From Candidatus Nanosynbacter sp. BB002 (GTDB lineage: Bacteria > Patescibacteriota > Saccharimonadia > Saccharimonadales > Saccharimonadaceae), in contig NZ_CP146064.1 in assembly GCF_037013405.1 (NCBI RefSeq), positions 270,001 through 302,000 on the forward strand: a stretch of DNA of 32,000 nt, given 5' to 3'. Of the stretch, positions 1 to 5,631 are shown in pieces. The position numbers and the translations under genes were made by a program. The notes below the pieces were generated by a model. That model saw only the letters and a list, made by a program, of their open reading frames with translations, ran no database searches and had not been told where the DNA came from. Each line of letters starts with the position of its first letter. Position 1 is the stretch's first letter.

Positions 1-812
<812 letters not shown>

Positions 813-829
813 CTCTGTTATTTTACCAT

Positions 830-872
830 ACAAAGGAGAAAACCCCTCACTCTCGCCATTGAGAATGAGGGG
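830..872 (-). terminator. Rho-independent terminator ending the minus-strand non-coding locus
   Basis: On the minus strand, the hairpin CCCCTCA-TTCTC-AATGGC-GAGAG-TGAGGGG (843-872) is followed directly by TTTTCTCCTTTG. Confidence 0.7.
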
Positions 873-988
873 CGTTGGTGGGCTCAAGCGGTTCTGCTCG
901 GAGTTGATCTCGACGGTGAGAAAAACTGCCACGAGTGAATCTCGCGAACCCGGGGAGGGAGAGATGACACTCCATTGTGCCATCTCAG

Positions 989-1058
989 TGGATGTGACGG
1001 GAGTCGAACCCGCGAGACGGTGGACTTCGATTGTCCTGTCTCCCTACTTGGCACACCC
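989..1058 (-). ncRNA. tRNA-shaped RNA #1 (70 nt). It has an alanine/tmRNA-like acceptor with G3-U70 and discriminator A, no D stem and no usable anticodon loop.
   Basis: Minus-strand sequence: GGGTGTG CCAAGTAGG GAGAC A GGAC AATCGAA GTCC ACC GTCTC GCGGG TTCGACT CCCGT CACATCC A. It has a 7-bp acceptor helix with a G-U at the third pair and a canonical T arm (GGGTTCGACTCCC). The central helix GAGAC/GTCTC encloses a 4-bp hairpin. The loop AATCGAA lacks U33, and CCA is not encoded. Confidence 0.55.
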
Positions 1059-1260
1059 TGACCATTCTGTGTTGAAAACATTGGTCTTCTCGATGTAGCG
1101 GTATACACCTGCTTTGTTTTGTTGTACGTCATTGGACCACAAAACAAAGGTGAGAAGTCAATGAAACTCAGGCGGAGTGGTGAAACACCCAAGTTTTTTC
1201 GCTTACACACGGCTTTACACGGGTGATGAGTCCGTGTGGCTGCGCATGCAACCGCGACGG

Positions 1261-1349
1261 CGGACACAGCGGGACTCGAACCCGCAGCCTCCCGTTGCGT
1301 CGACACCGTTGTCGACGCGGGCGCTCTGCCATTTAAGAGCTATATGTCC
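1261..1349 (-). ncRNA. tRNA-derived gene #2 (89 nt) whose 7-nt anticodon loop is replaced by a palindromic hairpin; either a non-decoding tRNA-like RNA or a tRNA pseudogene
   Basis: Minus-strand sequence: GGACATA TA GCTC TTAAATGGCA GAGC G CCCG-C-[GTCGAC AACGGT GTCGAC]-GCAA-CGGG AGGCT GCGGG TTCGAGT CCCGC TGTGTCC G. The acceptor, D arm, 5-nt variable loop and T arm are all canonical. The anticodon stem CCCG/CGGG encloses about 21 nt that form a perfect 8-bp hairpin (GCGTCGAC/GTCGACGC) with a 6-nt loop. Confidence 0.6.
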
Positions 1350-1674
1350 TGTGATTCTTTTCTGGGCTACCAGCTGGGCGAATCACCCCAGGGGCGGACA
1401 GACGCCCTTTACTGACCGTGGGGGTCAGTGGTTTCGGGGTCGCACAAACCCCGACTGTCAAACCTCTACCAGTGGAGCTTCCTGGGACGGTCGCTCCGAC
1501 CTGTGGCCGCGTTTTCTATGGCCTGCTTCTCGAGCAGGATCGCGTAGAGGCAGTTGAGAGTTTCTCGCGGCGCTTTATGTTTGCAGGCATACTCATAGTC
1601 TTCCTGCGCACGGCGTCGCTCATCGGTCTGGTTTCCAGCCAAGGGTCTCACCCCCTTTCCGCCGCAGTTGCGGC
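1350..1674 (-). ncRNA. Unassigned structured RNA region of about 325 nt (family not recognised)
   Basis: No credible ORF is present. The region is G+C-rich and packed with short perfect hairpins on the minus strand:
- GCCGC-AACT-GCGGC
- GCAGG...CCTGC
- GCCGCG...CGCGGC, which encloses CCTGC-TCGAGAA-GCAGG
- TCGGGGT-TTGTGCG-ACCCCGA
- ACTGACC-CCCAC-GGTCAGT
- GGGCG-TCTGTC-CGCCC
- CTGGG-GTGATTCG-CCCAG
- CTGG-TAGC-CCAG
Boundaries are approximate. Confidence 0.35.
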
Positions 1675-1786
1675 AAAAGAAAAAGAGCTAACCCTCTCTC
1701 GAACCACGCTTTTGTGCGAAGCATGGTCAGGATTTGACGCCATTTGCGGCGTCAAATCGAGAAGTTAGCTCCACGAACAAAAGCTA
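1675..1786 (-). ncRNA. Small Y-shaped RNA of about 100 nt with a U-tract end (family not recognised)
   Basis: On the minus strand, an 8-bp closing helix GAGCTAAC/GTTAGCTC (1764-1771 with 1685-1692) stacks on TTCTCG/CGAGAG. These enclose two hairpins: ATTTGACGCC-GCAAAT-GGCGTCAAAT (10 bp) and CCATGCT-TCGCACAAA-AGCGTGG (7 bp). The structure is followed by TTTTTCTTTT (plus-strand 1675-1684). A promoter lies just upstream. Confidence 0.4.
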
Positions 1787-1792
1787 GTGAAT

Positions 1793-1821
1793 ATCATAAC
1801 ACGAACTGTAAAAAATAGCAA
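1793..1821 (-). promoter_or_regulatory. Sigma70-type promoter for the non-coding locus
   Basis: On the minus strand: TTGCTA (1821..1816), a 17-nt spacer, then TATGAT (1798..1793) preceded by TGT (extended -10-like). It sits directly after the helicase stop codon. Confidence 0.45.
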
Positions 1822-1838
1822 CAATATATGGAAAATAA

Positions 1839-4800
1839 TTATATTTCTTCTGTCAATAAGTCATTTTCGAACTGCAGCATACCTTTGTAGTCTGCGGAAT
1901 ACCCAGAGATGTCTGGCAGATCCAGGGTGGTGATTTTACGCCAGACGACGCCGACAAGCCGAGCAAATTCAGCTAATTCCTCCTCGGAGAACGTATCCTC
2001 TAGGCTGAGAATGTCGCCGGTTTTCATGTCTGGCTCGACGAATTGCAGGCGGGCGCCGGTGAAGGTGAAATTGCCATAATCACGCGATGACTTGACCAAG
2101 AGCTGGTAGAACATCAACTGTTGGCGGTATTTGTGGAGCTTGATTTTTTCATAATCAGACGTGCCCTTCCAGGAGTGCGACGGCTTGCCGGTCTTGTAGT
2201 CGGTGACGTAGATGGTCTTTGCTGTTTTATCTATATCAACCAGGTCCAGCTTTCCTGTCAGCTGCGCTTGGCCGACGAAGGAATTTTGATTGGCAAAATT
2301 AAGTTCAGCCAGCTGCTGCTGGGTGAAGCTGCTCTGTTTGGCGTCCAGAAAAGCGGTCAAGACTGACTGGCCTTTTTCGGTGAACAGTTTGGTGTCATCT
2401 GGTGACAGATGTTGCGCTGCTAAGGTTTGAGCATACAAACGCATAATCTCTGAGCGTGGTGGCAAGTTTCCGTCTGCGACGAACATATCGTGTAGTTGTT
2501 GTAGGCAGGTGTGGACAGCGGTTCCGTAGGCAGCGGATGAGCTTTTGGCTTGCGGAAAATGAAGCAAATTATTTAACAAAAATCCTTGAGGTCCGCCATG
2601 TGAGACGTCGAGGAAATTGTTCAGATGGGTGGCGGACAGTTTGTAGTGCTGTAAGATTGGCGCCAAGACTTCCTGTAGGGTTGTGCCGTGTGGTTCAGTC
2701 AGTCTGGCGTGCCAGTCGGTGAGCAGCGTCTCGGTCGCGTCAGCAGTCTCAGAGGTATCAATGGTCGATGTATCTAGCTGTAGAGAGCTTAGGAAGCTGG
2801 CGATCAAATTGTCTTTACCGCCAGTGTCTGTGAGGCTATGACTGATGTGCAGGGTTTGCTTGGCGCGAGTCATGGCGACGAAAAATAGGCGCAAACGCTC
2901 GTCGTAGTTGTTGCCTGCTGGTTGCAGCTGCAGGTTGGCTGGATAGCGGATGAGCCGGCTGCGTACACGGACTTTCTCACCCCACATGTTGTCAGTCGCG
3001 CCGATGATGAATACGTGCGGAAATTCCAAGCCCTTTGATTTGTGGGCGGTCATGAGATTAATTGAGCCTGATTTGTGCTCGGCGGCTGGTCTGATGCTGG
3101 TGAGGCGAGTCTTGGTTAAATGGTGGAGATCGATGAACTGGAGAAGCTGCGTCAAGGTTGGCGTTGCCTCAGTGTAATGGTCACGTAATTTCTGGCGCAA
3201 GGTGCGCAGCGCTTCTAGGGTGGTGAGGTAGGCTTCTGGGTCTGACTGTAATTTGTCTGGTGAAAAGTAGTAGGTATAGAGGGCGCGGTTGGTGGCGGTT
3301 TCGGTGAGACCTAGTAATTCATCAATGTGTTCTTCGAGTGTGAGGTTGGGGGTGTTTTTGGCTTGCTCTAGTAACCACTGAGCCAATGGTTCGAACGTTG
3401 TTTGGGTGAGCATGGCTTCCAGCCAGAACTGTCGTTTGTGCCAGGCAGCTAGGCTTAATTTCCAGATGTCAGTGGCGGCGAAGTCAAATGCTGGATGCGC
3501 CAGTAGCTCTGGCAGTAAGCTGTTGGCGTTGGTTAGGTCGTTGTTGTGAAGTGAGACAACGATGCGAGCTACGAGCTCCAGCGCTTTGATACTGTCTAGT
3601 TCCAGGATGTCGTCGTGATGTTCGTAGTTGACGCTGATGTTGTTTTGGTAGAGATGAGGCAAGAGTTCAATCAGTTCATGATGCCGGCGGGATATGACGG
3701 CGATGTCTTCGGGCGGCGTACCTGAAGCGATGAGATGTGCAATTTGCCTAGCAACGCCTGCCCTTTCGTCCAGCGGCGTCATGAAACGACTAAGGTTCAC
3801 GGTGGCGCCTGATGATGAAGCGTGGGCGGTGAGTTGTTTGGATAGGTCGGGAATAGTGTTTTCCAAGCGGTCGCTACCTTGGGTGATGACGCTGCGGGCG
3901 GTGGTGAGGATTTGCTCTGCCGAGCGGTAGTTGTCGGTCAGGACGATGACGGCTGGGTCATGATAGTGCTGACGGAAGCGCTGGATATTGCCGACATTGG
4001 CGCCTTGGAAACTGAAGATGGCCTGGTCGTCGTCGCCCACTGCCATGATGTTTGGCTCAGGCTCGTCGCCAGTCAGATTGAATAGTAACTGCAACTGCGC
4101 CAAGTTAGTGTCTTGGAACTCGTCAACCATGATGAACTGGTATTGCTCTTGGAGGTTGGCGCGCAGATCTGGCTGGTGTTTGCAGGCATCTAGCACATTT
4201 AAAATCATGTCGTCATAGTCAAACAATCCGCGCTGTGCCAGCGCACTGCGGTACTGGTCGTATACGTGAGTGACGGCACGCAGTTTAGTGATTGATTCAC
4301 TGTCCTTTAAGACAAACTCCCCTGCTGCATTCTTCTTACACCACGCATTCTTCCAGGCGGTGATGGGTTTGGTGCTGTCATTCTCCAAGGCCTCTTGTGC
4401 GGCGTTGGCCATGCTGAGCGCCAGAACGTTGGCGTACGGTGTGATGGCTGCTAGCAGAGGCTGCGGTGTGATGGCTGCTGCTATTTCTGCAACGTTGGCA
4501 AAGGTCGGGATGGTTGATTTTTTGATGGTGGCTTGGAAAAGTTGTTTGATGGCCTCAGAAATTTCTGTGATTGTTTGCTCCACATCGTCCAAAATATGTT
4601 GTATTTCTTCAGAGGCCAGGCCGTTGCTTTTGAACTCGGAAATGGTTTTGAGCGTTTCTTTGAGGTAGATAAATTCATCATTATTTTTGGCGTTGAGTGG
4701 ATTATCCCAATCCATACCTTCGAAAATTTCTTGTAGAATTTGTTGCTGCGTCAACTCGTCAGTCGGCTGCCGATCTGCGCCGCGGAAAAAATATTGTCGG

Positions 4801-5102
4801 TTGGTGTTAATAATTTCTGAGCCGAAGCTGTGGAAGGTGTGAATGGCGACTTTGTAGGCATCTTCGCCGATGATTTGCTGCAATCGCTGGCGCATATTGA
4901 CCGCACCCGAATCAGTAAAGGTTAGGCATAAGATATTGTTTGGCAAGGTGTCAGTTTGGCGCAATATGTGGGCAGCTCGCATGCTCAAGAGCTCAGTTTT
5001 GCCAGTGCCAGGACCCGCGATGACCAACAGTGGCCCGTGAATTGTATCGACAGCAGAACGTTGATTGGCGTTGAGGTTGGCGTAGCGTGTAGAAAAATCC
5101 AT
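1839..5102 (-). CDS. UvrD/PcrA-family SF1 helicase fused to a C-terminal RecB/AddB-type PD-(D/E)xK nuclease
   Basis: I place the start at MDFSTRYANLNANQRSAVD. That ATG (5102) sits 6 nt downstream of TATACT, and the upstream 62 codons of the ORF have no helicase similarity. Motifs seen are Walker A AGPGTGKT, motif II VDEFQDTN, and the C-terminal nuclease motif GKLDLVDID...IYVTDYKTGKP. Confidence 0.9.
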   Translation of the reverse strand: MDFSTRYANLNANQRSAVDTIHGPLLVIAGPGTGKTELLSMRAAHILRQTDTLPNNILCLTFTDSGAVNMRQRLQQIIGEDAYKVAIHTFHSFGSEIINTNRQYFFRGADRQPTDELTQQQILQEIFEGMDWDNPLNAKNNDEFIYLKETLKTISEFKSNGLASEEIQHILDDVEQTITEISEAIKQLFQATIKKSTIPTFANVAEIAAAITPQPLLAAITPYANVLALSMANAAQEALENDSTKPITAWKNAWCKKNAAGEFVLKDSESITKLRAVTHVYDQYRSALAQRGLFDYDDMILNVLDACKHQPDLRANLQEQYQFIMVDEFQDTNLAQLQLLFNLTGDEPEPNIMAVGDDDQAIFSFQGANVGNIQRFRQHYHDPAVIVLTDNYRSAEQILTTARSVITQGSDRLENTIPDLSKQLTAHASSSGATVNLSRFMTPLDERAGVARQIAHLIASGTPPEDIAVISRRHHELIELLPHLYQNNISVNYEHHDDILELDSIKALELVARIVVSLHNNDLTNANSLLPELLAHPAFDFAATDIWKLSLAAWHKRQFWLEAMLTQTTFEPLAQWLLEQAKNTPNLTLEEHIDELLGLTETATNRALYTYYFSPDKLQSDPEAYLTTLEALRTLRQKLRDHYTEATPTLTQLLQFIDLHHLTKTRLTSIRPAAEHKSGSINLMTAHKSKGLEFPHVFIIGATDNMWGEKVRVRSRLIRYPANLQLQPAGNNYDERLRLFFVAMTRAKQTLHISHSLTDTGGKDNLIASFLSSLQLDTSTIDTSETADATETLLTDWHARLTEPHGTTLQEVLAPILQHYKLSATHLNNFLDVSHGGPQGFLLNNLLHFPQAKSSSAAYGTAVHTCLQQLHDMFVADGNLPPRSEIMRLYAQTLAAQHLSPDDTKLFTEKGQSVLTAFLDAKQSSFTQQQLAELNFANQNSFVGQAQLTGKLDLVDIDKTAKTIYVTDYKTGKPSHSWKGTSDYEKIKLHKYRQQLMFYQLLVKSSRDYGNFTFTGARLQFVEPDMKTGDILSLEDTFSEEELAEFARLVGVVWRKITTLDLPDISGYSADYKGMLQFENDLLTEEI

Positions 5103-5108
5103 ACTTAC

Positions 5109-5139
5109 AGTATACGCGTGCACTTGAAAATGGTAAAAT
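5109..5139. promoter_or_regulatory. Overlapping back-to-back promoters within a 43-bp intergenic region
   Basis: The minus-strand -10 TATACT (5114..5109) lies 6 nt from the helicase ATG. The plus-strand extended -10 TGGTAAAAT (5131-5139) lies 6 nt from the ATG at 5146. Each promoter's -35 position falls on the other's -10 region. Confidence 0.5.
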
Positions 5140-5145
5140 AAAGCC

Positions 5146-5631
5146 ATGAAGCCTATAGTGACCGCGTCGGAGTTGGAAGCATTAATCAGTGAAGCCTTTG
5201 ATGTTGATGTCTCAGTAAAGCGATTTATCTTGCCGTTGTCTGATGTTGGCCGCACGGCGCAGGCGACGGTCTTTATGGCGTCGAACAATCAATTATTGCT
5301 CTATTTGCGCGCGTCTTCTAACATGACGCTAGCGGATGTCAAAAAAATAGCAGTGCGCATGGGACTTAGGCTGGACGAGTTCTATCCGCCGAAGTACCAG
5401 CCGGATTATTTTGACATTCTTGGTCGCCAAAAATTTCAAGAAGTGTTCCCTGGCATGACGGTACAGTCTGAGGAGGATTTGATTTTTTACCGAACATTGG
5501 CGCCATATAACCCTGCCCTGGCAGTGGTTTCAGAAATCAAAAATGGCGAAATCCATCAATTTGACCCTGACGTTCACGGCGAATGGCGAGTGGGCGCACG
5601 GTTTGCCTACAGGAAGGTCCGCGCCAAATAA
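5146..5631 (+). CDS. Hypothetical protein (161 aa), translationally coupled to the downstream P-type ATPase
   Basis: This is an intact ORF with a leaderless-type start context. Its stop TAA (5629-5631) overlaps the ATPase ATG (5631-5633) as TAATG. I recognise no motif. Confidence 0.65.
   Translation: MKPIVTASELEALISEAFDVDVSVKRFILPLSDVGRTAQATVFMASNNQLLLYLRASSNMTLADVKKIAVRMGLRLDEFYPPKYQPDYFDILGRQKFQEVFPGMTVQSEEDLIFYRTLAPYNPALAVVSEIKNGEIHQFDPDVHGEWRVGARFAYRKVRAK

Noticed and set aside
989-1771. Recurrence of a helix / 3-nt 3'-side bulge / helix arrangement in four elements (bulges ACC, AAC, AGG, GCA), considered as a shared protein-binding (k-turn-like) motif
   Set aside because: The bulges are not followed by the tandem G-A pairs that define k-turns. 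The bulge sequences differ, and alternative pairings exist. This is probably coincidence unless covariation supports it.
989-1790. tmRNA (ssrA) hypothesis for the structured locus
   Set aside because: tRNA-like module #1 has tmRNA-like identity, but its acceptor closes locally within 70 nt. I found no tag reading frame ending in the usual Ala-Ala-stop in any frame. No 5' GGGG...TTCGAC-type element pairs with the 3' end from a distance. I cannot exclude a highly divergent form without ARAGORN or Infernal.
1350-1790. RNase P RNA or SRP RNA hypothesis
   Set aside because: The near-universal RNase P element GGAAAGUCC and its P4 partner ACAGAAnnCGGCUUA are absent; there are only loose resemblances such as CCAGGAAGCTCC and ACACAGAATGG. 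The SRP helix-8 motif (GGUCC-GGAA-GGAAGCAGCC) is also absent. A covariance-model search is needed for a firm answer.
5103-5288. Upstream extensions of ORF-track starts (helicase to 5288, ATPase from 5583, response regulator to 20600, cysS to 25367, AI-2E from 22673, LPXTG protein from 28968, HExxH-2 from 26909)
   Set aside because: The extensions overlap promoters or neighbouring genes and lack family similarity. The internal ATGs coincide with conserved protein N-termini and with -10 or SD signals.
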